Position numbers and translations under genes: made by a program. Of a DNA stretch of 64,000 nucleotides, positions 37,249 to 44,400 are shown piece after piece; position 1 is the stretch's first letter, and the number at the start of each line of letters is the position of its first letter. The notes under the pieces were generated by a model. The model saw only the letters and a list, made by a program, of their open reading frames with translations, searched no databases and had not been told where the DNA came from. The stretch lies in IMG/VR virus record IMGVR_UViG_3300009124_000001. One strand, given 5' to 3'. The DNA is from a virus.

Positions 37249-37457
37249 CAGAGAACTCCGAAGAAGAACTTGCCAGTCAGGGCGTAGGAAAGGAAACCTG
37301 CAACGATACCGAGCATCGCATAACGTCCGTTCATCTTTTCTGCTTTCTCAGCATAGGGTTCGATGCCGTAACGTTCCAGATCTTCCTTGGTCATGTACAT
37401 GCTGGGCTCTTTCGCGAACATGTTCATTTGACCAAATTCATTCTTGGTGACAGTCAT
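37248..37457 (-). CDS. hli: high-light-inducible protein
   Basis: NMFAKEP...AEKMNGRYAMLG. Confidence 0.93.
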   Translation of the reverse strand: MTVTKNEFGQMNMFAKEPSMYMTKEDLERYGIEPYAEKAEKMNGRYAMLGIVAGFLSYALTGKFFFGVL

Positions 37458-37485
37458 GGTAGGAATGATTGTAAACTTCTGTTAC

Positions 37486-37514
37486 AATATATATCATTCC
37501 TTAACAATTGTCAA
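37486..37514 (-). promoter_or_regulatory. sigma70 promoter of the hli-petF-prx-hli operon
   Basis: TTGACA-17bp-TATATT. Confidence 0.75.
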
Positions 37515-37822
37515 CCATTGAATGTGATGACATCCTGACCTAAACCGCCAGGGATGTTGACGCTGCCAGCAGCGACAGTCTCATTAGGATCCCATCCATC
37601 ATAGTCGTCCGCTGCGATGGTGTAGTTTCCATAGTTGTCAGTGCTGAAAGGATCACTACCAAAAGGATCAGGATCCTGAGGGCATGATTTCTCGATTGCA
37701 CTGACACCCAGGTAGTGACGCCACAGTTCGGTCAACTGATTTTCATTAATGATAGTGCTATCAATAGCAGCATGAAGTGCAGATCGCAGTGCTGCTTTCG
37801 CATCTTGAAGTTCTGTTTTCAT
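37511..37822 (-). CDS. hypothetical protein
   Basis: 103 aa, coupled to the upstream gene. Confidence 0.7.
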   Translation of the reverse strand: MKTELQDAKAALRSALHAAIDSTIINENQLTELWRHYLGVSAIEKSCPQDPDPFGSDPFSTDNYGNYTIAADDYDGWDPNETVAAGSVNIPGGLGQDVITFNG

Positions 37823-38073
37823 TGGTCAGTGTCTAGTGGAGATACGTCATCTTTAACATAGCATGGAACCCCTTCTGGGTCCAGCCACTTGGTATACTCG
37901 AAGTCATCCATTGCTGTATCCATCTGCATACCATTGTCACAGAGGTACATGTCACGATACTTACCAGTGTAAGCATCTGCCTTTTGAATACGATAGTCAG
38001 GCGTACCGTTGTCTAGGGTGCCTGTCTCAACGTACCGATAAGGGAAGCGTTCCAGGAGGACAATTGGTTTCAT
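37819..38073 (-). CDS. conserved cyanophage hypothetical protein
   Basis: ERFPYRYV...PDYRIQK...DMYLCDN...YTKWLDP. Confidence 0.8.
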   Translation of the reverse strand: MKPIVLLERFPYRYVETGTLDNGTPDYRIQKADAYTGKYRDMYLCDNGMQMDTAMDDFEYTKWLDPEGVPCYVKDDVSPLDTDQ

Positions 38074-38108
38074 GTATTGGTGGGATAACCTAGGCATATG
38101 ATAGCACG

Positions 38109-38729
38109 TTAGAGGAAATGATACCACCCTGTTGCGATAATCTTTTCTGATGTGTCAGATTTGCGACCTCTATGATGGAAGGTCCAGTCTGCTGGCCAGA
38201 TCACCGTCATCCCCTTCTCAGCGGGGATGTACAGATCTTGATGGAACCATTCAGTACCACCATCAGGAACGTCGTTGAGGTATGTCATCCATACCATATG
38301 TCTGTATGTATTAGATCTACTACTGGACTGACGTTCACAATGCCACATGTGATATCCACCGCCAGGTTTGTAGTATTGGAGGTTAAAGAACTCCTCCATC
38401 TTGAAGACATTTGTTTTAGCACAAAGAGGGAAGTGATCCACATAATTATTCATCACGCGGTTCACTTCCCCAGTGAAATCACGAACCCTTTGATCAGTGA
38501 TCCCAATGAAGACAGGGTTGTCCATGGAATCTTTGATCTCAGGGTTTACCATTCCACCACCATTGTCGTCAATGGTTTCCCCTGGCCACTTCTCGAATAT
38601 AGTTTGAGTATTATAGAAATCGAGTATGCCGTTGACAACATCCTCATTGATTTTTTCTTTGTAGATAAAATCAGTTCGGGGATATGCTAACCGACCATCG
38701 TAGTATATGGGCTGAGGGTTTAATTTCAT
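38109..38729 (-). CDS. 2OG-Fe(II) oxygenase
   Basis: WHCE...WMTYLNDV..GGT...WPADWTFHHRG. Confidence 0.9.
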   Translation of the reverse strand: MKLNPQPIYYDGRLAYPRTDFIYKEKINEDVVNGILDFYNTQTIFEKWPGETIDDNGGGMVNPEIKDSMDNPVFIGITDQRVRDFTGEVNRVMNNYVDHFPLCAKTNVFKMEEFFNLQYYKPGGGYHMWHCERQSSSRSNTYRHMVWMTYLNDVPDGGTEWFHQDLYIPAEKGMTVIWPADWTFHHRGRKSDTSEKIIATGWYHFL

Positions 38730-38938
38730 TATGCTAGAACATTGTCTGCGACTAGGTGATCAATAAGGTAGGCGTAATCCTCTTCGATATCAATTCCCCA
38801 GAACCTGACTCCTTTATTTTCATAAAAGCGGCAGACTTGGGAGAAGAGACTTGGGTAATCTGTTTCCAGAGAAATGTCTCCGTTGGCAGCATCGCGAAGG
38901 ATTTGCAGGTTATCTGCAAACTTTGATTGGATCGTCAT
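38729..38938 (-). CDS. hypothetical protein
   Basis: MTIQSKFADNL with an AGGAGG Shine-Dalgarno. Confidence 0.75.
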   Translation of the reverse strand: MTIQSKFADNLQILRDAANGDISLETDYPSLFSQVCRFYENKGVRFWGIDIEEDYAYLIDHLVADNVLA

Positions 38939-38980
38939 AGATCGCCTCCTATTCGTCTGTTGGTCGGGCATATGCCCGAG

Positions 38981-39052
38981 TGGGAGATACTGGGATCGAA
39001 CCAGTGACATACTGCGTGTAAAGCAGGCACTCTACCTCTGAGTTAATCTCCC
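38981..39052 (-). tRNA. tRNA-Val (TAC), no encoded CCA
   Basis: GGGAGAT...CTGC TTTACAC GCAG...GGTTCGATCC...ATCTCCC A. Confidence 0.93.
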
Positions 39053-39055
39053 AAA

Positions 39056-39127
39056 CAGGTCCACTAGGAATCGAACCTAGAACATCCGCTTAGAAGGCGG
39101 GGGTTATATCCGTTTAACTATGGACCC
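39056..39127 (-). tRNA. tRNA-Arg (TCT), no encoded CCA
   Basis: GGGTCCA...CCGC CTTCTAA GCGG...GGTTCGATTCC...TGGACCT G. Confidence 0.93.
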
Positions 39128-39136
39128 AGGAGAAAC

Positions 39137-39655
39137 TCAACGCCAGGCGGGACCTTGTACCCATCCAACGAGAGAAAGTCTAGTACCTTGTGTTACACGA
39201 GTTACCATGTGGTAATCGTCTGAGTGAAAGAAAATCATTTGACCTGTTTTCATTTCTATTGGTTGACTGATTAGGTGAAACTCTCCACCTTGGTAGTCTT
39301 CATTTAGCAGAAGAGTGAATGAGATCTTGCGAACCTTTTCGCCTGTCCTCTTGCCCTTGTGCCATTCAGACTCATCTTGGTGCCAGTCATAATGGTTTCC
39401 TTCTTTGTATTTTGTGAGTTGCAATGGTTCAACGAAGTCAATATCGAAGTTCCAATTTGCTGCCTCGTTTACTCTTGAAGCATAAGACATGACAAGATCA
39501 TAGAGCGGCTGGTCTTCTACGAAGTTAACTTCGCATTGCCTGACGTTCTCAATCTCTGTGTCTTCAAAGTTCTGATGCCTGTCTAGGATCTGTTTGATTT
39601 GATCAAACTCTTCATCGTTAAGATCGACGGTTACATAGCGGTCACGATAGTTCAT
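39137..39655 (-). CDS. 2OG-Fe(II) oxygenase (PKHD/P4H type)
   Basis: YDWHQD...RKIS...YQGGEF...HMVT.VT.GTR.SLVGW. Confidence 0.9.
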   Translation of the reverse strand: MNYRDRYVTVDLNDEEFDQIKQILDRHQNFEDTEIENVRQCEVNFVEDQPLYDLVMSYASRVNEAANWNFDIDFVEPLQLTKYKEGNHYDWHQDESEWHKGKRTGEKVRKISFTLLLNEDYQGGEFHLISQPIEMKTGQMIFFHSDDYHMVTRVTQGTRLSLVGWVQGPAWR

Positions 39656-39782
39656 AGATTGCCTTGATCTTTTCATTAACAGCGTGTGCTTCTATTTCAG
39701 CACCCCTCTCCATGTGTTCATGGAGTTCATCGATCAGGACTTCCAGTAAGGAGAAGTCATCTGATTCCAGATAATCAACCAT
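39642..39782 (-). CDS. small hypothetical protein (46 aa, not in ORF track)
   Basis: MVDYLESDDFSLLEVLIDEL...; first ORF after the promoter at 39811-39839. Confidence 0.55.
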   Translation of the reverse strand: MVDYLESDDFSLLEVLIDELHEHMERGAEIEAHAVNEKIKAIYELS

Positions 39783-39810
39783 GATTTGCTCTCGTGCTCA
39801 GAACTCTGTT

Positions 39811-39839
39811 AATATATAGCAGGTTCAGGCGGATGTCAA
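39811..39839 (-). promoter_or_regulatory. sigma70 promoter
   Basis: TTGACA-17bp-TATATT. Confidence 0.7.
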
Positions 39840-40420
39840 GGTCTTGGATGGACTTCGTGTGGGACCATCTCCTTACCCATGATGTTGAAAGAGATGATAG
39901 TCCTTGGTACATCAGTGAAGTTAGGTTCCTGCATGTGTGGCAAATACGATGGGAAGAATACACAATCTCCTTCCTCTACATCAGGCATGTAATCCACCAC
40001 CTCACCATTAATATAGTTGTGGAAAGGTGCGAAGAATGTAGTTGCCTTGTGGATCTCAGGTTTGTAATCCACATACAGTACAGCAGTAATACCAACAGGA
40101 CCATGGTTGTGTACCCCATGGAACTGTCCATTCTTTGTGGTCTGGTGCCACATAGCAACAATGTTCCTAATGTCTAGTGGATAATCATTCTGCATCTCAT
40201 CCAGAATAGGTTCCAGGGCGTCCAGGACTGTCCAATAATACTTGGGCATTTTCTTCTGATTGACCAGATCATGATAGTCTGTGTCCATCTCATGTGTATG
40301 TAAACGTCCACCCAGGTCAATCACTGCCTGAGGACTGTGCTCATCACACTGTGCCATGAGAATAGGTTTCCATTTGTCCCAGTCAGGGACCTTAAAAGAT
40401 TCAATTGGAATTGTGAACAT
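39836..40420 (-). CDS. putative 2OG-Fe(II) oxygenase (TIGR02466-like)
   Basis: HGVHNHG...AVLY...EGD..FFPSYLPH...RTIISFN. Confidence 0.8.
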   Translation of the reverse strand: MFTIPIESFKVPDWDKWKPILMAQCDEHSPQAVIDLGGRLHTHEMDTDYHDLVNQKKMPKYYWTVLDALEPILDEMQNDYPLDIRNIVAMWHQTTKNGQFHGVHNHGPVGITAVLYVDYKPEIHKATTFFAPFHNYINGEVVDYMPDVEEGDCVFFPSYLPHMQEPNFTDVPRTIISFNIMGKEMVPHEVHPRP

Positions 40421-40739
40421 GTTTGATAAACCATTCAGCATCAACAACTGCAAGAGGTTTCTTGCCATTCTTCTTCATGAAAAGGATGGGAGTGTGGTCT
40501 CCTGCATTGGCACACGCTTGATCGTATGCATCGTAGACGTTTAGTTTTTCTACGTTCTTACACTCTATACTGAATGGGAACTTCTGTCTAGCATCTCTTG
40601 CCATGATCAGATCTTCACCACCAGCACCCATAGATCTTGATTCGATATCCTCACGGTGAATACCTCTATGCTCGATGAGCATATCTCTAACCCATTGTTG
40701 GAACCTACGTCCCTTCGCTTTGGCGCTTTGCGGTCTCAT
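40401..40739 (-). CDS. conserved protein, Holliday-junction-resolvase-like PD-(D/E)XK nuclease
   Basis: SAKAKGR...SMGAGGEDL...IECKN. Confidence 0.7.
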   Translation of the reverse strand: MRPQSAKAKGRRFQQWVRDMLIEHRGIHREDIESRSMGAGGEDLIMARDARQKFPFSIECKNVEKLNVYDAYDQACANAGDHTPILFMKKNGKKPLAVVDAEWFIKHVHNSN

Positions 40740-40932
40740 ACTCTTTCTTCTTTTTGAAGTATACCTTGTACCAACGATCACACGCTGCACGTATATACTT
40801 ATAATCCTCACCGTCAGTACCATCTGGTGGGAGAGCAGAAAGGAGCTGACAGCACCCTTCCATCTCAGAAATGAGTCTGAGTATGCTGATGGGGCAGTCA
40901 GGATCCACATTCCATGCTTTTTTAATCGGCAT
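40705..40932 (-). CDS. hypothetical protein
   Basis: Coupled ORF with ISEMEG and RWYK.YF. Confidence 0.6.
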   Translation of the reverse strand: MPIKKAWNVDPDCPISILRLISEMEGCCQLLSALPPDGTDGEDYKYIRAACDRWYKVYFKKKKEYETAKRQSEGT

Positions 40933-41086
40933 ACCCGTCGTCGTCATCCTCCATTTGATATCCTAGTCTAGTCCTAGGTGCATAAGGTGTCGTATATGAG
41001 TCAGGATCTTCCTTGATGGCATCTTCAAGAGATGCTGCTAGAAGTTTTAGATTATGCGCGATTGCTTTTACCTTTTCATAGTTCAT
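40922..41086 (-). CDS. conserved small cyanophage protein (54 aa, not in ORF track)
   Basis: MNYEKVKAIAHNLKLLAASLE...DDDDGYAD. Confidence 0.7.
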   Translation of the reverse strand: MNYEKVKAIAHNLKLLAASLEDAIKEDPDSYTTPYAPRTRLGYQMEDDDDGYAD

Positions 41087-41744
41087 CCTTCATTCCTCCA
41101 AGAACTTTTTCCCAATCAGCATTGAACTGTGCCAGTCCTTCTCTGGTGAGAACATGATCATACATCTTCCAGAATACTTTGGGTGGCATTGTTACCACAC
41201 TAGCACCATATAGGAAGCAACGGGATACATGATGAACATCTCTTAATGATGCCGCGAGGACTTGCGTCTCCACTCTATGTACGTTGTAAGTGCCAGCAAT
41301 AGCACGTACCAACTCAACGCCGCTAAAACTATTGTCATTGCATCTACCTACAAAAGGAGAAACATATGTAGCACCTGCCTTTGCTGCCATGATTGCTTGT
41401 GCCACAGAGAACACCAGGGTGACATTCGTAGAGATGTCATCGTCAGACAAGTTCTTACATGCTTTCAGTCCTTGGACTGTGCATGGAACCTTGATTGTAA
41501 TGTTCGGATTGATTTGGATATAATCATCAGCCATTCCCAGCATGTCTTCCCAGGTTTCCCCTGAGACCTCGGCGGATACAGATGCATCCCACGAGAACAT
41601 GTCTGTAATTTCTGCCAACACCTCGGCAGGGTTCCTACCTGCTTGAAGCATCAGTGTCGGGTTGGTTGTGACTCCATCAATAAGACCAGTATCTACTGCC
41701 TTTGCAATCTCTGCAACATCGCTACTGTCGAGAAAGATCTTCAT
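41076..41744 (-). CDS. talC: transaldolase (TalC/MipB family)
   Basis: MKIFLD...DGVTTNPTL...YVSPFVGR. Confidence 0.96.
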   Translation of the reverse strand: MKIFLDSSDVAEIAKAVDTGLIDGVTTNPTLMLQAGRNPAEVLAEITDMFSWDASVSAEVSGETWEDMLGMADDYIQINPNITIKVPCTVQGLKACKNLSDDDISTNVTLVFSVAQAIMAAKAGATYVSPFVGRCNDNSFSGVELVRAIAGTYNVHRVETQVLAASLRDVHHVSRCFLYGASVVTMPPKVFWKMYDHVLTREGLAQFNADWEKVLGGMKDEL

Positions 41745-41769
41745 TGGTTATATCATGAGGGTCACTTGT

Positions 41770-41804
41770 ATATAGCACAAAAATGGGGGGTTATCAACCC
41801 CCCG
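41770..41804 (-). terminator. terminator hairpin overlapping the talC promoter
   Basis: GGGGGGTT-GAT-AACCCCCC-ATTTTT; TTGATA-17bp-TATATA. Confidence 0.6.
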
Positions 41805-41811
41805 TCTTGGT

Positions 41812-41994
41812 TTACCAATAACCGTCAGATAGAATCCTCCTGCAAACTCTCTTGCATGTTGGTTGGTCATCTGTGCATTCAATTAGACACTCATAGTAAT
41901 CATTAATCAGATCAAGTTCGGTCTCCATATCATCAAGGGTTTGTTCAAAGTGTCGCCATTCATCTAATTGATTATACGAGATTAGGTTATGCAT
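41812..41994 (-). CDS. conserved small Cys-rich protein
   Basis: MHNLISYNQL...YYECLIEC...CKRVCR; GGAGG Shine-Dalgarno. Confidence 0.8.
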   Translation of the reverse strand: MHNLISYNQLDEWRHFEQTLDDMETELDLINDYYECLIECTDDQPTCKRVCRRILSDGYW

Positions 41995-42114
41995 GATTGT
42001 TACCTCCAACATTGGTTAGTCATAATAAAGAGAAAGGTTTCTTACATAGTGTGCTCCCGATTGCAAATAGTATGTCATGGGTCTCACACAGTGTCAATCT
42101 GCATATGTACCTAC

Positions 42115-42139
42115 AAAAAAAGAGGGGCGATTGCCCCTC
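42115..42139 (-). terminator. terminator of the riboswitch-DUF4278 unit
   Basis: GAGGGGC-AATC-GCCCCTC-TTTTTTT. Confidence 0.85.
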
Positions 42140-42144
42140 CTTTC

Positions 42145-42255
42145 TTATCTCTTTGTAGTGCAGTGACCTAGACTACAAAGTTGCGCGTCATGAAGTTTTT
42201 TCTTTTTGATCTCTTGCTGTTTAATGACAGTCAACCAATTAAGATTTTTCTTCAT
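42145..42255 (-). CDS. 36 aa basic micro-protein (not in ORF track)
   Basis: MKKNLNWLTVIKQQEIKKKKLHDAQLCSLGHCTTKR; ATGA overlap with the DUF4278 stop and GGAGG Shine-Dalgarno. Confidence 0.6.
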   Translation of the reverse strand: MKKNLNWLTVIKQQEIKKKKLHDAQLCSLGHCTTKR

Positions 42256-42392
42256 TTCTCCACCTCCACCTTTTTGGTGTAGACAGTACCACGATAGTTC
42301 ATGGTCATGGTCTTAGCCTCGTGCTTGTGCTCCTCTTTTGTATTATAAGGAATGCCACGATAGGCAGTGTGAGTGCTATAAAGATTAAGCAT
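42252..42392 (-). CDS. DUF4278-family protein
   Basis: Two YRG motifs (AYRGIPY, NYRGTVY); CAGGAG Shine-Dalgarno. Confidence 0.8.
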   Translation of the reverse strand: MLNLYSTHTAYRGIPYNTKEEHKHEAKTMTMNYRGTVYTKKVEVEK

Positions 42393-42424
42393 CGTACTAA
42401 CTCCTGAAAGTAAGGGATTGTTGC

Positions 42425-42683
42425 CCCGTTCCTTCAATCGTTTGCGTCCTAGTCATCAAAACATGCTGGGTCAGTATGATTGATCCATTGAATTAGGATG
42501 TCACTCTTCTCAGCAGGTGTGAATAGAGTTGTATCCTCTAATCCTTCTCTCAACCATAGAAAATCTTCACACCGAAGAAAATCTTCGGGTGGGACATGCA
42601 TGGCAAAGACTGTCAGTAATGACAACATAGGATGAACGCTCCGTTCCGCGACTTACTTGCGTCACCCGAAGGTGATGAACGAT
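42425..42683 (-). ncRNA. double glutamine riboswitch (glnA-type) with an ORF inside P2 of the second aptamer
   Basis: Two CGTTCA-P2-CGCAA...GGAACG units; E-loop AGTA/GAA; located upstream of DUF4278. Confidence 0.8.
42449..42628 (-). CDS. 59 aa ORF nested in the riboswitch P2 loop (not in ORF track)
   Basis: MLSLLTVFAMHVPPEDFLRCEDFLWLREGLEDTTLFTPAEKSDILIQWINHTDPACFDD; GGAG 10 nt upstream. Confidence 0.7.
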   Translation of the reverse strand: MLSLLTVFAMHVPPEDFLRCEDFLWLREGLEDTTLFTPAEKSDILIQWINHTDPACFDD

Positions 42684-42689
42684 GGTATT

Positions 42690-42719
42690 AGCATACCATC
42701 TACTATTTATACTTGTCAA
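42690..42719 (-). promoter_or_regulatory. early (TTGACA-18bp-TATGCT) and late (TATAAATA) promoters of the riboswitch unit
   Basis: Motifs read directly. Confidence 0.7.
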
Positions 42720-43144
42720 GTCCTTTTCTGAGTCTCGTCCCTGGTCTCCTCAGGTCGTTCTTCAAGTTCTTCAAAAATTTCAAGTGGTCCTTGATACCAC
42801 TGATCGGGTCCAGGCCAGGAATGCGTGACACTGATTGTGTCGAGTCCCTGTACCTCGGACGCTTCCGTCGTGATGATCGGTTCTTCATAATACTTTGCTG
42901 CGTCCTCTTCCCATTGTTTACGGATGGACTCTGCTTGTTGGTCCACCTCTGCCATTGTTTTTTCCACCTTATACTCGTAGTAGATTTTCTCTAACCATAC
43001 AACAAACCCTTCCAAGAGGAAAGAGATAGGAAACGGTTGACGTTTTGCCCATCTCTCCATCTTAGAAAGGAAATGTTCTTCGCCAAAAGTCACATGAAAC
43101 TTATACTCAAAGTGAAAATCCTGCGAAGGTTTCTGTTCCGACAT
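42716..43144 (-). CDS. hypothetical protein
   Basis: 142 aa, overlaps the nrdB end. Confidence 0.65.
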   Translation of the reverse strand: MSEQKPSQDFHFEYKFHVTFGEEHFLSKMERWAKRQPFPISFLLEGFVVWLEKIYYEYKVEKTMAEVDQQAESIRKQWEEDAAKYYEEPIITTEASEVQGLDTISVTHSWPGPDQWYQGPLEIFEELEERPEETRDETQKRT

Positions 43145-44243
43145 CTTGTTTAATCCCCCCAACGACATAAGATTCGATCTCGGTCTCCTGAGGAGCATTT
43201 TGCTGCCCTTTGCTATTTAGCCAATGCTCAGTCCAGGGAAGAGGATTGTTTTTTGCAGGGATGTCATAGAGAGGGGTCAGACCAATCGATCTCATACGAC
43301 GGTTAGCAATCCACTCAACATACTGGGACAGCAGTCGTTCGTTAAGACCGATCATGCTACCCTCGGTGAACAGATAGTTCGCCCACTCCTTCTCTTCGGT
43401 GACTGCCTCGGCAAACATCTGACGTACAGTCTCCTGCTCTTCTACTGCGATCTGCTGCATCTCAGGATCGTCACCATCTGCCCACTTCTTCAAGATCTTC
43501 TGAGTCAGTACCAGATGCTGTGACTCATCACGAGCGATAAGGGAAATGATCTTTGCGGACCCCTCCATAAGTTTGAGCTCACCAAAAGCAAAAGAGCAAG
43601 CAAAAGAAACATAGAAGCGAATTCCTTCAAGGATGTTGACATTGGCAACAGCAAGATAAAGTTTACGTTTGAGATCTTTGATAGTCCAATCCTTAGAGGG
43701 AGAACCATCCCACTCACGCTTCCACATATCACCTTGTGCCCAGTCACCAACAGCATCCAAGAAATCATCGTATGCTTTGGTCACAGACTTAGCACGTTTG
43801 ATGATCTTGTCGTTGTCCAGGGTAGTGTCCAGAACCTCAGCAGGATCAGGGTACACGTTCTTGATGATGTGAGTGTAGGAACGAGAGTGGATCTGTTCCA
43901 TGAACTGCCACACACCCATGGCACCTTCCAGTTCAGGGAGAGAACAGTAGGGAGAGAATGCCATGCCAGGTCCACGACCCTGCACAGAGTCCAGAAGAAT
44001 CTGATACTTCAAGTTAGAAGTATAGATGTGCTTCTGTTGAGTATTCAATGTCTTGTAGTCTGCTCTATCCTTTTGAAGGGACACTTCCTCAGGACGCCAG
44101 AAGTATCCTAGTTGTGTCTGTGTAAGTTTATCAAAGTCAGGATACTTAAATTCAGCATACTGCTGCATTCCAAGTGGTGCTCCGAAGAACATCGGTTGCT
44201 TCTTGGTGTCAACCTTCTTGCTATTGAATACTGTTACTCCCAT
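43107..44243 (-). CDS. nrdB: ribonucleotide reductase class I beta subunit
   Basis: FWRPEEVSL...DSVQGRGP...LEGIRFYVSFACSF...QETEIESY. Confidence 0.97.
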   Translation of the reverse strand: MGVTVFNSKKVDTKKQPMFFGAPLGMQQYAEFKYPDFDKLTQTQLGYFWRPEEVSLQKDRADYKTLNTQQKHIYTSNLKYQILLDSVQGRGPGMAFSPYCSLPELEGAMGVWQFMEQIHSRSYTHIIKNVYPDPAEVLDTTLDNDKIIKRAKSVTKAYDDFLDAVGDWAQGDMWKREWDGSPSKDWTIKDLKRKLYLAVANVNILEGIRFYVSFACSFAFGELKLMEGSAKIISLIARDESQHLVLTQKILKKWADGDDPEMQQIAVEEQETVRQMFAEAVTEEKEWANYLFTEGSMIGLNERLLSQYVEWIANRRMRSIGLTPLYDIPAKNNPLPWTEHWLNSKGQQNAPQETEIESYVVGGIKQDVGTETFAGFSL

Positions 44244-44400
44244 CCGTGCCTCTTTCTGATTGGTATGTTCCGAAGTTGCTAACATAATATAAAAAACTAT
44301 TGATTCTTGGTTTGATTTCCAAGGAGTCACAGACTGCAAGGAAGGACTCAAAGTCTTCCTGCAAGTCTGGACCCAATTCTAATGTGACCTGTCTAGACAT
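44221..44400 (-). CDS. small hypothetical protein between nrdA and nrdB
   Basis: 59 aa, overlaps both neighbours. Confidence 0.6.
   Translation of the reverse strand: MSRQVTLELGPDLQEDFESFLAVCDSLEIKPRINSFLYYVSNFGTYQSERGTDGSNSIQ

Noticed and set aside
37471-37485. NtcA box upstream of hli
   Set aside because: GTA-N9-TAC spacing rather than N8; fits HLR1 better
41995-42110. Yfr-type small RNA in the leader of the MHNLIS gene
   Set aside because: Only a promoter (TTGACA-17bp-CATACT) is clear; no convincing motif or stable structure by eye
42393-42437. Longer 61 aa start for the DUF4278 ORF
   Set aside because: The upstream TTG lies within the aptamer; the ATG at 42392 has a good SD
42703-42888. 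61 aa basic ORF overlapping 42716-43144
   Set aside because: Almost fully nested in another frame of a longer ORF; cannot be supported from sequence alone, though not excluded
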